From NCBI GenBank assembly GCA_038064195.1, contig JBBTTO010000002.1, positions 205,356 through 269,355 of the forward strand: a stretch of DNA of 64,000 bases, written 5' to 3'. Shown here piece by piece: positions 47,646 through 58,498 of the stretch. The DNA comes from Patescibacteria group bacterium. GTDB taxonomy: Bacteria; Patescibacteriota; Microgenomatia; Levybacterales; UBA12049. The notes beneath the pieces are model-generated. The model searched no databases. It was not told the origin of the DNA and saw only the letters and a list, made by a program, of their open reading frames with translations. Position 1 is the first letter of the stretch. Each line of letters begins with the position of its first letter. Made by a program: the position numbers and the translations under genes.

Positions 47646-48821
47646 TTATTCAACATGAATTTGCTTGTTTATCTGTATAGAAAATTTTCCTCTGAGAAGT
47701 GCTGATATTTCCTCCGAGAGCTTTGTGATGCCGTATTGATTTTTTACCGATATAAAAAGAGCTGTATCGTCTATGAAATAGTTTTGTAGAGATTTTTTTT
47801 CAGCAGAGGTAAGTTTGTCTGATTTATTGAGAACATAGAGGGTTGGCTTGTTAACGACTCCTAAATCTTTAAGAATTTTTTTGACGGTAGAAACTTTTCT
47901 TTCCCAATCCTCATCAGCTGCATCAATCACATGCAGAAGCAGGTTTGCCTGAAGCGATTCCATCAAGGTTGAACGGAAAGCATTAATCAAGCTTGCCGGA
48001 AGGTTACGTATAAAACCAATAGTATCAGACACTACGACCTCCTCCGCAACATCGGCGAGAAATAACTTCCCAACGTGACTGTCAAGGGTCGCAAAAAGGG
48101 CATTCTCAACTAATTGTTTTTTCCCTGTAAGGAGATTGAAGAGTGAGGTTTTACCTGCGTTGGTATACCCGACAATGGAAACTGTTTTTATACCCATGCG
48201 CTCACGATGTATAAGCTGTCTTTGTCTATCATCGGACAATTTTAGCAGTCGTTTTTCAACTTTTCCGATTTGATCCCGCCAGTGGCGTTTCATAAGCTCG
48301 GTGTTCGTTTCTCCAATGCCACGGGTACCTATACTTCCCCCTTGGCGAGATAGTATATAGCCCATACCATAGATACGGGGCCCCATATGTCGCATTGCAG
48401 CCAGTTCAATTTGAAGTTTTGCTTCAGTAGTATGGGCGTGACGGGAGAAGATGTGGAGAATAAGATCGACGCGGTCCCAGACTTCAATTGTCGGCTTGGA
48501 GGACTGAAGTATCTTTCTCATATCAAAGATATGCCCGGGTTTGACAATGGCATTCAAAACTACGACGTTAATGTCTTTTGTTTTTATACAATCCGCAATT
48601 TCTTGTATTTTCCCATTGCCTAAATACAGCCCTTTATCATGAATTTCTCTTTTTTGTAAAACATATTCTATTGTCTGGCCTGCGTAGGAATCAATCAGTT
48701 CTTTAACTTCTTTTATATCTTGAAAAGCATCGCTATCAGAGAGGGTGTGCGGGAGGATGCTGGCAATAAGAAATTTTTTATGATCAGAAGGAGTCATGAG
48801 ATATGTGTCTAATGATAACAA
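47646..48821 (-). CDS. hflX: GTPase HflX
   Basis: HflX N-domain plus G-domain VSIVGYTNAGKTSLFNLLTG and DTIGFI. Confidence 0.85.
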   Translation of the reverse strand: MLSLDTYLMTPSDHKKFLIASILPHTLSDSDAFQDIKEVKELIDSYAGQTIEYVLQKREIHDKGLYLGNGKIQEIADCIKTKDINVVVLNAIVKPGHIFDMRKILQSSKPTIEVWDRVDLILHIFSRHAHTTEAKLQIELAAMRHMGPRIYGMGYILSRQGGSIGTRGIGETNTELMKRHWRDQIGKVEKRLLKLSDDRQRQLIHRERMGIKTVSIVGYTNAGKTSLFNLLTGKKQLVENALFATLDSHVGKLFLADVAEEVVVSDTIGFIRNLPASLINAFRSTLMESLQANLLLHVIDAADEDWERKVSTVKKILKDLGVVNKPTLYVLNKSDKLTSAEKKSLQNYFIDDTALFISVKNQYGITKLSEEISALLRGKFSIQINKQIHVE

Positions 48822-48917
48822 AAATTCAGGAAAATGCTATGGGGATTGTAAAATGCATTCCATTAAACAGCAGTGCTTGTTTGTTGTGCGTAGCTATGGC
48901 ACAATAGGGTACATTTA

Positions 48918-49589
48918 ATGCGAACCACTATCATTTTTGTCAGTTGTTTGGCAGTGAGCCTTATTATTGCTTTCAGTCTTATTTATGTTAAACGCTCATT
49001 ATCCCGTCCGGTTTTGGGCACTCAAGATAAATCGGAGACCATAAGTATGTATACCAGTTCGCGATTCCGTTTCCGTTTTCCCTATCCGTCCGGGTATCAC
49101 ATTAGGGAGGAAAATAACGGAAGAACGATTTATGTTAATGAAAACTTCTCTTCAAGTCCCTCCGCAGCTATCCAGATAATCCCAACCGACATTCTTTTCC
49201 CGACCCAATCCCTGCTCAAAAATGCTCAAGTTATCTGCTCAGGCGGAGAGGCGGGTAGCTGTTCGCAGATAGAGAGTCAATCTGTGGTAACTAATATCCA
49301 TGGAGCCACCGGGATAATCTACTATTTTAGACAGCAGCCTGATAAGAAGGCAGACGGGAATCGGGTCGTGGTGGGAAATAAAGGTCCCTTCTACGCCTAC
49401 CGGTTATCCGGTGATCGAGACTATATAGGTTTTTTGTTATTCACACCGGTTCCTGATAGGAACAAACTCCTTACTTTTATTACTGATGGACTCGAAATCT
49501 ATTCTCCCCCAAGCATTTCATCCAATGTGTCTCAATCCCCTATTCGGAATGCTTTGCAAGCTTCATCCTCTGCGCAGCAGGGTAAGTGA
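48918..49589 (+). CDS. secreted hypothetical protein
   Basis: N-terminal signal/TM (IIFVSCLAVSLIIAFSLIYV). No recognisable domain. Confidence 0.35.
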   Translation: MRTTIIFVSCLAVSLIIAFSLIYVKRSLSRPVLGTQDKSETISMYTSSRFRFRFPYPSGYHIREENNGRTIYVNENFSSSPSAAIQIIPTDILFPTQSLLKNAQVICSGGEAGSCSQIESQSVVTNIHGATGIIYYFRQQPDKKADGNRVVVGNKGPFYAYRLSGDRDYIGFLLFTPVPDRNKLLTFITDGLEIYSPPSISSNVSQSPIRNALQASSSAQQGK

Positions 49590-50240
49590 GATACTCAGGA
49601 CAAAGATAAGAGCAAGATCAAGTCCCAGGGGTATGAGTAGATAGAGGACTCCCTGGTAAAAAATGTGAATAATGTTGTCGTTGAGGAGATTTTGCAGCTG
49701 ATGGAATGAGGGTGTGACTCCAAGTAAATACAGTACCCCACAAACAATAATAAGAAAAACTCCCATAAAAAGCGCGCCTTCAAGGTCTTTTTTACTTGAG
49801 AACATGGTGTTGCCAACTTCAAAGAGTGCATAGAGGATGAGGATGATCGCCAATGGCGTCTGCCACAGTCCATTTTTTTCAGTGAGAAAGAGCAGAAAGA
49901 TGATGATGATTGTTCCCACAAGAAAAGGCGCAAGTCCGATCAAAAGCCTGCGGAAAGGATCAGTACGGGCGATTGAAACACTTCCCAGCTTGACGCTTTG
50001 ACCATCAAGTTTTGGTATAAGAACCATTGCGCCAGTCGTTACAAAAAGTAATCTTGCCATGAGATAGTGTGCTACTTCGTGAATTACTGTCCCGGGGAGA
50101 AAAAGTATTGCCAGTAAATACACGGTTACTTTTATACTGCCGGAGAGCGTATAGAAGAAAAGAGAGATTTTCTTTTGTAAGGCACGTGATAAAAGAAAGA
50201 GGGTGAGAAGCTCTAGAAAAAACAGGCCGACAATTTCCAT
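49563..50240 (-). CDS. M50/site-2-protease-family intramembrane zinc metalloprotease
   Basis: HEVAHYLMA is an HExxH inside a TM helix, with a downstream LDG motif (IPKLDGQSV), which is characteristic of S2P/SpoIVFB-like proteases. Confidence 0.6.
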   Translation of the reverse strand: MEIVGLFFLELLTLFLLSRALQKKISLFFYTLSGSIKVTVYLLAILFLPGTVIHEVAHYLMARLLFVTTGAMVLIPKLDGQSVKLGSVSIARTDPFRRLLIGLAPFLVGTIIIIFLLFLTEKNGLWQTPLAIILILYALFEVGNTMFSSKKDLEGALFMGVFLIIVCGVLYLLGVTPSFHQLQNLLNDNIIHIFYQGVLYLLIPLGLDLALIFVLSISLTLLRRG

Positions 50241-50746
50241 TAGAGATTGAGATTGGGTTGTTGAGAATTTTGAGTATCCTTGGTCACCTCCAGGAGTTCA
50301 ATCTCAAAAATAAGTGTTGAGTTAGCAGGAATTGTGCCTTGGGCCTGATTGCCGTAAGCTAACTCAGGGGGAATTGTCAGTTTTCTTTTACCGCCTATTT
50401 TCATACCAACGACCCCCTGGTCCCAGCCTTTAATTACTTCGCCATTACCCAATTTAAAGCTAAAGGGTTGGTTACGATCGTATGAACTGTCAATTTTTTT
50501 ACCGTTGGTGAGTGTCCCGACATAATTTACTTTGACAGTATCGCCTGTTGCAGCCTCCGCGCCCGTACCATTGGTAATATCTTCGCTTTTAAAATCTATT
50601 GAGGGTTGCGTTGTTTGGTTTGGTGTAGGTTTGCCAAATTCCGTAGTTGCCTCGCTTGTAAGTTTTTTTGACGGGAGATTAATGATGATAACCCCTGCAA
50701 TATAGATGACAAGAATAATTCCAAGGAAAGCAGCAAGCCGTTTCAT
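50240..50746 (-). CDS. FKBP-type peptidyl-prolyl cis-trans isomerase (membrane-anchored/secreted)
   Basis: N-terminal TM. ...[65 protein letters not shown] is a canonical FKBP domain. Confidence 0.85.
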   Translation of the reverse strand: MKRLAAFLGIILVIYIAGVIIINLPSKKLTSEATTEFGKPTPNQTTQPSIDFKSEDITNGTGAEAATGDTVKVNYVGTLTNGKKIDSSYDRNQPFSFKLGNGEVIKGWDQGVVGMKIGGKRKLTIPPELAYGNQAQGTIPANSTLIFEIELLEVTKDTQNSQQPNLNL

Positions 50747-50805
50747 TATGTGGCTATTGTACAGGAAATATCTCTAAAAGTGTAGATCTATGCTATGATA
50801 CGCTC

Positions 50806-51654
50806 ATGCGTATTTTACAAACAAATGGTTGGGAAGATTATGAACTCCTTGATAGCGGAGAGGGTTACCGCCTGGAGCGATTTGGGGAGTACACTATTGC
50901 CAAACCTGATCCTCAGGCAATTTGGCAACGAGGTCTCCCAATATCTGTATGGAAGAAAGCTGACGCAACTTTTGAGAAAGAAGGCTGGGTGCGAAGGACA
51001 GATGTTCCTGAGAAATGGTTAGTGCACTATAAGAAGATTTCTTTCTATACCAAGCTCACTCCTTTTAAGCATACCGGAGTTTTCCCTGAGCAACATCTTC
51101 ATTGGGATTTTATCAGTCATGCAATTACACAAAGTAAGCGAGAAGTTAAGGTTCTCAATCTCTTCGCCTATACAGGGATTGCCAGTCTTATTGCCGCTTT
51201 TGCTGGGGCAGAAGTAACACATGTTGATGCTTCGCGACCGGCTATCGGTTGGGCAAGAGAAAATCAAGAAGCGTCCAAGCTGGCAGACAAACCAATCAGG
51301 TGGATTTTAGATGACGTAGTGCGATTTGTCGAAAAAGAAGTAAGGCGAGGAAATACGTATGAAGGAATTATTATGGATCCCCCAGTTTATGGACACGGGC
51401 CGGGTGGAGAGTTATGGGATTTCCCAAAAAATTTCCCGGAATTAGTCAAGCTTTGTAGTCAGTTATTATCAGATAAACCACTTTTTGTCATCGTAAACGC
51501 ATATGCAATTTCCGCCTCAAGTATAATGCTTGAGAATGTTTTACGGGATCATCTAACAAAAGGAAAGGTTGAGGTTGGTGAATTAGCTATTCAGGAGAGT
51601 AGCGGTAAAAGACTATTGTCTACCGGAATTTTTGCCCGCTGGTCAGCTGAGTAG
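50806..51654 (+). CDS. class I SAM-dependent RNA methyltransferase (RlmI/RlmK-like)
   Basis: ...VLNLFAYTGIASLIAAFAGAEVTHVDASRPAIGWAREN...IIMDPP... gives SAM-binding motifs I and IV (DPP). Confidence 0.65.
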   Translation: MRILQTNGWEDYELLDSGEGYRLERFGEYTIAKPDPQAIWQRGLPISVWKKADATFEKEGWVRRTDVPEKWLVHYKKISFYTKLTPFKHTGVFPEQHLHWDFISHAITQSKREVKVLNLFAYTGIASLIAAFAGAEVTHVDASRPAIGWARENQEASKLADKPIRWILDDVVRFVEKEVRRGNTYEGIIMDPPVYGHGPGGELWDFPKNFPELVKLCSQLLSDKPLFVIVNAYAISASSIMLENVLRDHLTKGKVEVGELAIQESSGKRLLSTGIFARWSAE

Positions 51655-52173
51655 CTTGGCTGCGACAAGAGCGGCAAGAGTGGCATTTGCCCTCCATTCT
51701 CCCCGCGCTATTTCTTTTTTAAGTTCTGAAACAGTAATAACTCTCTGGGTCAGACTCTCATTCGGATCAAAGTTAGTCTCCTGGGTTTTGGTGACACCGG
51801 TAGCTTTTATGAAATGAGCCCTATGAGAATCCTTTGTAGTATAATCATAATACTCTCCTAGGTTTTCCCATTCTCCTCCTGTATATCCTGTCTCCTCCGC
51901 GAGCTCTCGTTTGGCGGACTCTAAAGGATCTTCACCTTTTTCAATATGACCTGCAGGGAGTGTGTGAATGATTTTATTAATGGCGTATTTATACTCATCA
52001 ATTGTTACGATATTATTGTCAGTATCCAGTGCGACAATCATAGAATAATTGGGTTTTTCAATGACAGAGTAGTCATCGATGACATTCCCATTAGGGAGTT
52101 TTACTTTGTCCTCGTAGACTTTGAGGAATTTTGTATCAATTAACGTTTTTCTATCTAAACGTTTCCAAGACAT
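51643..52173 (-). CDS. NUDIX hydrolase (ADP-ribose pyrophosphatase-like)
   Basis: Nudix box ...AGHIEKGEDPLESAKRELAEETGY... Confidence 0.8.
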   Translation of the reverse strand: MSWKRLDRKTLIDTKFLKVYEDKVKLPNGNVIDDYSVIEKPNYSMIVALDTDNNIVTIDEYKYAINKIIHTLPAGHIEKGEDPLESAKRELAEETGYTGGEWENLGEYYDYTTKDSHRAHFIKATGVTKTQETNFDPNESLTQRVITVSELKKEIARGEWRANATLAALVAAKLLS

Positions 52174-52210
52174 AATCGAAGTTTAGTCTAGGCGTTTTTT
52201 CTTGTCAATG

Positions 52211-52281
52211 TCGGGGATCGGGGAGTTGAACCCCAGTCTCACGGCCCCCAGCCGCGAATTCTACCGTTAAACTAATCCCCG
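52211..52281 (-). tRNA. tRNA-Pro (anticodon GGG)
   Basis: Hand-folded from the reverse complement, CGGGGAT TA GTTT AACGGTA GAAT T CGCGG CUGGGGG CCGTG AGAC TGGGG TTCAACT CCCCG ATCCCCG A. This gives a 7-bp acceptor with C1:G72 and A73 (typical of bacterial tRNA-Pro), G18G19, an anticodon loop with U33-GGG-G37, and a TTCAACT T-loop. CCA is not encoded. Confidence 0.7.
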
Positions 52282-52415
52282 CTTCGCAACGTATATTATA
52301 CATTATCTTGGTTTTATAGAATAATCTCTGTGAAGATATAAGGAAATCTGATATAGATTGCGACAGTATGAGTGCTTGTAAAAAACACGAAACTTTACTA
52401 CTATGAACTGACTTT

Positions 52416-53522
52416 ATGGCTCGATCTTCAAATAACGCTAAATCTACTGCAGTGATCCAACCTCAAACAGAAGCCTCGCAAAAACTAGAATCTATTAAAA
52501 TGGCGATGGAGCAGATTGAAAAGCAATACGGTCGTGGTTCGATTATGCGTTTTGGTGATGCTGCCGGTAAATTAGATATTTCAGTTATATCCACAGGTTG
52601 CCTTCCGCTAGACTTAGCACTTGGTGTCGGTGGCCTCCCCCGCGGAAGAATTATTGAAATTTATGGTCCTGAGGCATCGGGCAAAACGACGGTATGTCTG
52701 TCAACAATTGCGCAAGCACAAAAACACGGTGGGGTTGCCGCCTTTATTGATGCAGAACATGCATTAGATCCGATTTGGGCCGAGCGCATTGGTGTCAAAT
52801 TAGACGAACTCCTTATCTCCCAACCCGATACGGGTGAACAGGCACTCGAGATTACTGAGAGTCTTGTCAGAAGCGGGGGCATTGACGTATTGGTTATTGA
52901 CTCGGTAGCAGCGTTAGTTCCTCGAGCTGAAATTGAGGGAGAGATGGGTGACTCAGTCATGGGACTTCAAGCACGCCTTATGTCTCAAGCGCTGCGTAAA
53001 TTAACGGCTGTTATTTCCAAATCAAAAACAGTTGTTATTTTTACCAATCAACTCCGACAAAAAATCGGAGTGATGTTCGGGAATCCCGAAACAACAACAG
53101 GCGGGATGGCACTTAAATTCTATTCTTCAATCCGTATGGATATTCGTAAAATTGAGACGATCAAAGATGGTGATCGTGCAATCGGTTCACGACATCGTGT
53201 AAAGGTAGTTAAAAATAAAGTGTCGACCCCTTTTCGTATTGCTGAGTTTGATGTTTTTATCGATGGAATCTCGCGTGAAGGGGGAATTTTAGATGTCGGA
53301 GTTGAGATGAATGTGATCACAAAATCAGGTGCTTTTTATCGCTATAACGATCAGATGATAGGTCAAGGTAAGGCAGCATCCATTGAATGGCTCAAAGAAA
53401 ATCCTGATGAGACGAAGAAGATGATTGCTGAGATAATGAAACGAAGTAAAGACGGCGATATGCCTGTGGCTGTTGGAGTCGAGGAGACCGATTCGGAAGA
53501 ATCTCTTGCACCTGCAGAATAA
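52416..53522 (+). CDS. recA: recombinase RecA
   Basis: GPEASGKTT Walker A, and L1/L2 loop regions (...[10 protein letters not shown]...). 368 aa. Confidence 0.95.
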   Translation: MARSSNNAKSTAVIQPQTEASQKLESIKMAMEQIEKQYGRGSIMRFGDAAGKLDISVISTGCLPLDLALGVGGLPRGRIIEIYGPEASGKTTVCLSTIAQAQKHGGVAAFIDAEHALDPIWAERIGVKLDELLISQPDTGEQALEITESLVRSGGIDVLVIDSVAALVPRAEIEGEMGDSVMGLQARLMSQALRKLTAVISKSKTVVIFTNQLRQKIGVMFGNPETTTGGMALKFYSSIRMDIRKIETIKDGDRAIGSRHRVKVVKNKVSTPFRIAEFDVFIDGISREGGILDVGVEMNVITKSGAFYRYNDQMIGQGKAASIEWLKENPDETKKMIAEIMKRSKDGDMPVAVGVEETDSEESLAPAE

Positions 53523-53529
53523 TCCTCAC

Positions 53530-54012
53530 ATGGATCTCTTTAAAAAGTATTACGGACTCACAGCTCATTATTTAGCCCGTAGACCACACTCGACACGAGA
53601 AGTTAGAGACTATTTACTCAAGAAAAAAGCACCGGAGGATGTTATTGAAAAGATTATAGCCTCCATGCAGCGAGATAAATTTTTAAATGACTTAGACTTT
53701 GCACATTGGTGGAGAGAGCAACGAACACGATTTCGGACAAAAAGTGATCGCGTTATTCGAATGGAGCTCAAACAAAAAGGAATAGCTACTGATATTATTG
53801 CCTTAGTTTTTGAAGAAAAGACAGAGGAGACAAAGACTGATTTAGAAAAAGCCCGACTACTTATAGAAAAATACAGCAGACGCTTTGATGGGTTGGAGGG
53901 GCATGAGAAATACAGAAAAATCCAGATGTTTTTAGGAAGCCGTGGCTTTGATTACGAGACCATTAAGCAAGCAATTGACGATATATTAGAAAGAGGTTAT
54001 AATACGGACTAG
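53530..54012 (+). CDS. recX: RecA regulator RecX (start at MDLFKKYY, just after the recA stop)
   Basis: Three-helix-repeat protein immediately downstream of recA. The listed ORF begins inside recA. Confidence 0.7.
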   Translation: MDLFKKYYGLTAHYLARRPHSTREVRDYLLKKKAPEDVIEKIIASMQRDKFLNDLDFAHWWREQRTRFRTKSDRVIRMELKQKGIATDIIALVFEEKTEETKTDLEKARLLIEKYSRRFDGLEGHEKYRKIQMFLGSRGFDYETIKQAIDDILERGYNTD

Positions 54013-54122
54013 AGTAGCTGGGGCTAGTCCTCATTTGTGGATATGATTTATATTTCATACTCACCATCTGGAACAACTATCTAAAAGGCTTTAATGCTTT
54101 AACCTCTTGTACTCTACACATT

Positions 54123-55394
54123 ATGGCAGATACTACCCAACAAGATCTTATAACGCTTGAGAAAAAACTTCTTGAGCGTCAGGAAAAGATCGAACAAAAA
54201 CAAGAACAGATTGACAAAGAAAAAGAAACTCTTCAGCAAAAGCGTGACGAGTATCTCAAAAAGCTTGAACAAGTAGCGAGTCTGACCCGTGACGAAGCCC
54301 GTAAGCAGCTCTTAGAGGAGACAGAGCGTGACTCAGCGAGTATGATCGCCCGTATTATCAAAGAAAAAGAGGAAGAGGCAAAAGCCACAGCCGATCAGAA
54401 GACACGGGAGATATTGGTTGACTCAATGCGACACGGAGCCCTGGACTATATTGCAGAATACACAGTCACTGTTGTTAAAGTTGCCGATGATGAGATGAAG
54501 GGAAGGATTATCGGTAAAGAAGGACGAAATATCCGTGCCTTTGAACAGGCTACCGGGATAGATGTTGATTTAGATGAGGAAGGCATTATTAAGCTTTCAT
54601 CTTTTGATAGCGTTCGGCGTGAGATCGCCAGACGTTCCTTAGAGAAGCTTTTGAAGGACACCCGCATTCAACCTTTCCGTATTGAAGAGATTGTCGATCA
54701 GACACGCAAGGAAGTAGAGAAGATCATGTTTGAGGAAGGTCAGAAGCTGGCTGCTGAGGTGGGTGTATTTAACCTTCCAAGTGAGCTGTATCAAACCCTC
54801 GGACGATTCAAGTTCAGAACCTCTTTTGGTCAAAACCTCGTTGTTCATACGCTGGAGGAAACCAAGATCGGTATTCAGATTGCCCATGAAATCGGAGCTG
54901 ATGTCAATATCGTCAGACTCGGATGTCTCTTTCATGATATCGGCAAAGTTGTCGAGGGGGAAGGCAGTCATGTCAAACTGGGAGTTGAATATCTCCATAG
55001 ATTTAACTTGCCTGACGCTGTTGTAAATTGTGTGGCAGAACATCATGAAGACAAGCCCTTTTCAAGCGTTGAGTCAGTCATCGTCCATATCGCTGATGCG
55101 ATTTCAGGTGCCAGGCCGGGCGCGAGATTTGAAGATATCGAAAATTACGCCAAGCGTCTTAAAGAGATGGAGGAGATTGCTAAAAAGTATGAAGGAGTTG
55201 AAGATGCGTATGCTTTTGAGGCAGGGCGTGAGCTGCGTGTTATTCTCAACCCTGGAAAGTTGGATGACGCCCAAACAGTTATCCTTTCCCGTAAGATTCA
55301 GGAAGAAGTCAGTAAGGCCCTCGCAGTACCTGGAGAAGTGAAGGTAACGGCTATCCGTGAATTCCGTTCTATTTACCCCGAACATACCGTCTGA
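54123..55394 (+). CDS. rny: ribonuclease Y (no N-terminal TM)
   Basis: Coiled-coil N-terminus, KH domain (IGKEGRNIRAFEQATGIDVDLD) and HD domain (LFHDIGK...HH...). Confidence 0.85.
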   Translation: MADTTQQDLITLEKKLLERQEKIEQKQEQIDKEKETLQQKRDEYLKKLEQVASLTRDEARKQLLEETERDSASMIARIIKEKEEEAKATADQKTREILVDSMRHGALDYIAEYTVTVVKVADDEMKGRIIGKEGRNIRAFEQATGIDVDLDEEGIIKLSSFDSVRREIARRSLEKLLKDTRIQPFRIEEIVDQTRKEVEKIMFEEGQKLAAEVGVFNLPSELYQTLGRFKFRTSFGQNLVVHTLEETKIGIQIAHEIGADVNIVRLGCLFHDIGKVVEGEGSHVKLGVEYLHRFNLPDAVVNCVAEHHEDKPFSSVESVIVHIADAISGARPGARFEDIENYAKRLKEMEEIAKKYEGVEDAYAFEAGRELRVILNPGKLDDAQTVILSRKIQEEVSKALAVPGEVKVTAIREFRSIYPEHTV

Positions 55395-55552
55395 TTTTTC
55401 TAAGATAAACCTCACCTTGATCCTCTCCTGTGAAGAGAGGATGGTAGGAAATAGTTCTATTTAGGCTGATATATCAAAGTAATCACTTGACAAGTCTCCG
55501 TTTTCCCTGTACCTTAAATCTAATCATACTTTTTGAAGGGAGGTGAACTGAG

Positions 55553-55825
55553 TTGACCAAAAAAGACCTCATTGAGATTGTCGCTAAAAAATCAAATTTA
55601 ACCAATAAAGCAGCCAGAGATTCTGTCCAAACGACATTGAACACGATCCGTGATTCACTCAAACGAGGTGAAAAGGTTGTTCTGACCGGTTTTGGGACAT
55701 TCAGCGTTAGAAGCCGAGCGCAACGGGTGGGACGTAATCCTAAGACAGGCGAAAGAATAACACTTTCTGCTCGAAAAGCACCGGGATTTACGCCCGGTAA
55801 GACATTTAAAAAAGCGATTCGTTGA
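55553..55825 (+). CDS. hup: DNA-binding protein HU
   Basis: TTG start after a GGGAGG RBS. MTKKDLIEIVAK...GFGTFSVRSRAQRVGRNPKTGE... is the HU/IHF arm. Confidence 0.9.
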   Translation: MTKKDLIEIVAKKSNLTNKAARDSVQTTLNTIRDSLKRGEKVVLTGFGTFSVRSRAQRVGRNPKTGERITLSARKAPGFTPGKTFKKAIR

Positions 55826-55885
55826 CAGTTGATGGATTGATACAAGAAGAGGAAGCCCACATACGGGAGGCCTCTTTTTGTTATA

Positions 55886-56878
55886 ATGAAATGTATGCCG
55901 GTTATTAGTATCGATCATTTATCAAAATATTATCAGGTACATAAGAAGGAGCCGGGCTTTGTAGGCTCACTTAAGTCTCTTGTCGCACGTAAATATGAAG
56001 TCGTTAAAGCTGTGGATGATATCTCTTTTACAATTGATGAGGGAGAGATTATCGGATTTATCGGCCCAAACGGCGCAGGCAAGACAACAACACTAAAGTG
56101 TCTCTCAGGTCTTCTCTACCCGACTAAAGGTAGAGTCAGTGTCTTAGGTCACACACCTTTTAATCGTAAAGCGGTTTTTCTCAAGCAAATCTCACTCGTC
56201 ATGGGACAGAAAAACCAGTTGTGGTGGGATTTGCCGGCCATGGACACATTTCTTCTAAATAAAGAAATATATGAGATCCCCAAAGCTCGCTTTGAGGAAG
56301 TTGTTGAGGATCTGGCGACTCGCCTGGCAGTTAAAGATATTCTGCATGTCCCTGTTCGCAAGCTATCTCTGGGCCAGCGGATGAAGATGGAGCTCATTGC
56401 TGCCCTCATTCACTCCCCCAAAGTGCTTTTTCTTGACGAGCCGACGATAGGACTTGATGTCGTGATGCAGCAAACAATACGGGAGTTCCTCAAGGAATAC
56501 AACGAAGCCTATAAAGCCACAATTATTCTGACCTCTCATTATATGGGGGATGTAGAGGCACTTTGTAAAAGGGTAATTGTCATCAATTTCGGCAAGATTC
56601 TCTATGACGGATTACTCTCTGACTTAGTTAAAGAGCATGCTCCTTATAAAGTGATTAAAGTAGTCCTTTCCAAAAAAATTGATCAGGAGAAATTAGATAG
56701 TTTCGGCGAGACTCGAAGTCTTAACTATCCTGAATGGGAAGTCCGGATTAAGCAAAAAGATGCTAACGAGACGGCTGCAAAATTACTCAAAGAATTACCG
56801 GTTGAGGATATAACGATTGAAGACCCGCAGATAGAGGATGTCATCGCCGGATTTTTTGTAGCAAACAAAAAAAACTAA
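55886..56878 (+). CDS. ABC transporter ATP-binding protein (ABC-2/DrrA-like with a C-terminal extension)
   Basis: Walker A GPNGAGKTT, signature LSLGQRMK, Walker B LFLDEPT, and a C-terminal domain of about 100 aa. Confidence 0.9.
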   Translation: MKCMPVISIDHLSKYYQVHKKEPGFVGSLKSLVARKYEVVKAVDDISFTIDEGEIIGFIGPNGAGKTTTLKCLSGLLYPTKGRVSVLGHTPFNRKAVFLKQISLVMGQKNQLWWDLPAMDTFLLNKEIYEIPKARFEEVVEDLATRLAVKDILHVPVRKLSLGQRMKMELIAALIHSPKVLFLDEPTIGLDVVMQQTIREFLKEYNEAYKATIILTSHYMGDVEALCKRVIVINFGKILYDGLLSDLVKEHAPYKVIKVVLSKKIDQEKLDSFGETRSLNYPEWEVRIKQKDANETAAKLLKELPVEDITIEDPQIEDVIAGFFVANKKN

Positions 56879-56907
56879 TTTTGTTTTACTTTTGACCTTT
56901 ATTATGT

Positions 56908-57705
56908 ATGCGCTATCTCAGAATCTTCCTCATTCATTTCCACAGAGTTATTGAAAACAGAAGCAGATCAGTTGTTTGGACACTTTTATCAATTTTTAAT
57001 CCCCTTGTCTATCTGTGCTTCTGGTTTGCTGTTTACAAAAGTAGTGGTAAAGTAGTTGGAGATTTATCCTTATCTGAACTTGCTTCATATTACCTCCTTC
57101 TAACATTTGCCGGGTCACTTCTTATGGCACATATTGATGAATCAGTGGCTGAAGAAGATATTTACGAAGGAGGTTTGGTGAAATATATTGTTCGGCCTTT
57201 CTCTTATTTTTGGGATCTCTATTTTGGTGAGCTTGGATGGCGAATCTTTCAGGGAGGACTAAGTATTATTGTATTTGTTATTTTTAGTTATTTTCTTCAT
57301 TCATTATCGCATTTTGTCAGTTCTCCCATATTAATACTGCTAACTTTGTTATCAATTATATTGGCATACACTTTGTCTTTTATCTTCAGAATGATCTTAG
57401 GTTTTACTGCTTTTTGGGTTACCGAATTTAGGGGCGTTCAAAATGTGGCAGAAACTATCATACTGGTCTTTGCTGGATTTGTAGTTCCTCTACAGTTTCT
57501 ACCAGTATTCATGCAAAAGATAAGTTATATCTTGCCTTTTGCCTATATGATATATTATCCAATTCTTGCTATCCAGGGGAAATTAGACTTTAGTCAGATG
57601 GTTAAAGTCCTGTCGACTCAGGCTGTATGGATAGTTCTCCTAAGTCTTCTTTATCAATATATGTGGAGAAAAGGCCTAAAGCTATTCACAGGAGTGGGAC
57701 AATGA
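56908..57705 (+). CDS. ABC-2-family transporter permease (paralog 1 of 4)
   Basis: 265 aa with 6 TM helices, immediately after the ATPase. Confidence 0.7.
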   Translation: MRYLRIFLIHFHRVIENRSRSVVWTLLSIFNPLVYLCFWFAVYKSSGKVVGDLSLSELASYYLLLTFAGSLLMAHIDESVAEEDIYEGGLVKYIVRPFSYFWDLYFGELGWRIFQGGLSIIVFVIFSYFLHSLSHFVSSPILILLTLLSIILAYTLSFIFRMILGFTAFWVTEFRGVQNVAETIILVFAGFVVPLQFLPVFMQKISYILPFAYMIYYPILAIQGKLDFSQMVKVLSTQAVWIVLLSLLYQYMWRKGLKLFTGVGQ

Positions 57706-58496
57706 GAGCATCACAACTACTTAGAGTATACAAACAATTACTTTCCATGAACTTTTCAGTACTTACAGCTCACCGAGCTGCATTTGCTAATCATTTGATT
57801 AGTGGAATAATCTGGGGAATATTTTATTTTGTTGTTATGCTTTTATTGACGAATAATGTAAAGTCAATTTTTGATTGGAGTAAAGAAGAAATACTTTTAT
57901 TAGCCGCTATTTTAGCTATTATGATAGGGATTTTTAATGCATTATTTCAAGCTAACTTTGATAGTTTTCCTAACCTAGTTAATAAAGGCAAACTAGATTC
58001 TTATTTATTAAAACCAATTGACTCTCAACTTATTTTAACAATGTGGAACATTAAATTTTTTAGCTTAACCCGGTCATTAATAGGAGTTATTTTCATATGG
58101 TACTTAACTGTTTATTATCATATTACATTTAGTTGGTTAGGATTTGCATATGCAATTCCCTTTATGATTTTAGGACTTGGTCTTTATTATTCTATTTGGT
58201 CAATTATAACTACATTGACTGTTTGGTTTGACAGGGCAACAAATATTATTGAACTGCTGCATTCATTACAAGGTATTATGCGAATGCCTCCAGTAGTTTT
58301 TCGTGAGGTAAACGTTGTTTTGTATATGGCAGTGCTTCCTTTAACTATAATCGCTGCTACCCCGGTAGGGTTAGTTTTGAAGAAATCTAGTGCTTCTAAT
58401 CTCATTATACTAACTGTTACGTCCATTATATTTATGGTCGCTTGTCGGAAATTTTGGCTTTTTGCATTAAGGTCATATACAAGTGCGAGTAGTTGA
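57702..58496 (+). CDS. ABC-2-family transporter permease (paralog 2 of 4; start at the ATGA overlap)
   Basis: 264 aa with 6 TM helices. The ATG overlaps the previous stop. Confidence 0.65.
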   Translation: MRASQLLRVYKQLLSMNFSVLTAHRAAFANHLISGIIWGIFYFVVMLLLTNNVKSIFDWSKEEILLLAAILAIMIGIFNALFQANFDSFPNLVNKGKLDSYLLKPIDSQLILTMWNIKFFSLTRSLIGVIFIWYLTVYYHITFSWLGFAYAIPFMILGLGLYYSIWSIITTLTVWFDRATNIIELLHSLQGIMRMPPVVFREVNVVLYMAVLPLTIIAATPVGLVLKKSSASNLIILTVTSIIFMVACRKFWLFALRSYTSASS

Positions 58497-58498
58497 TC

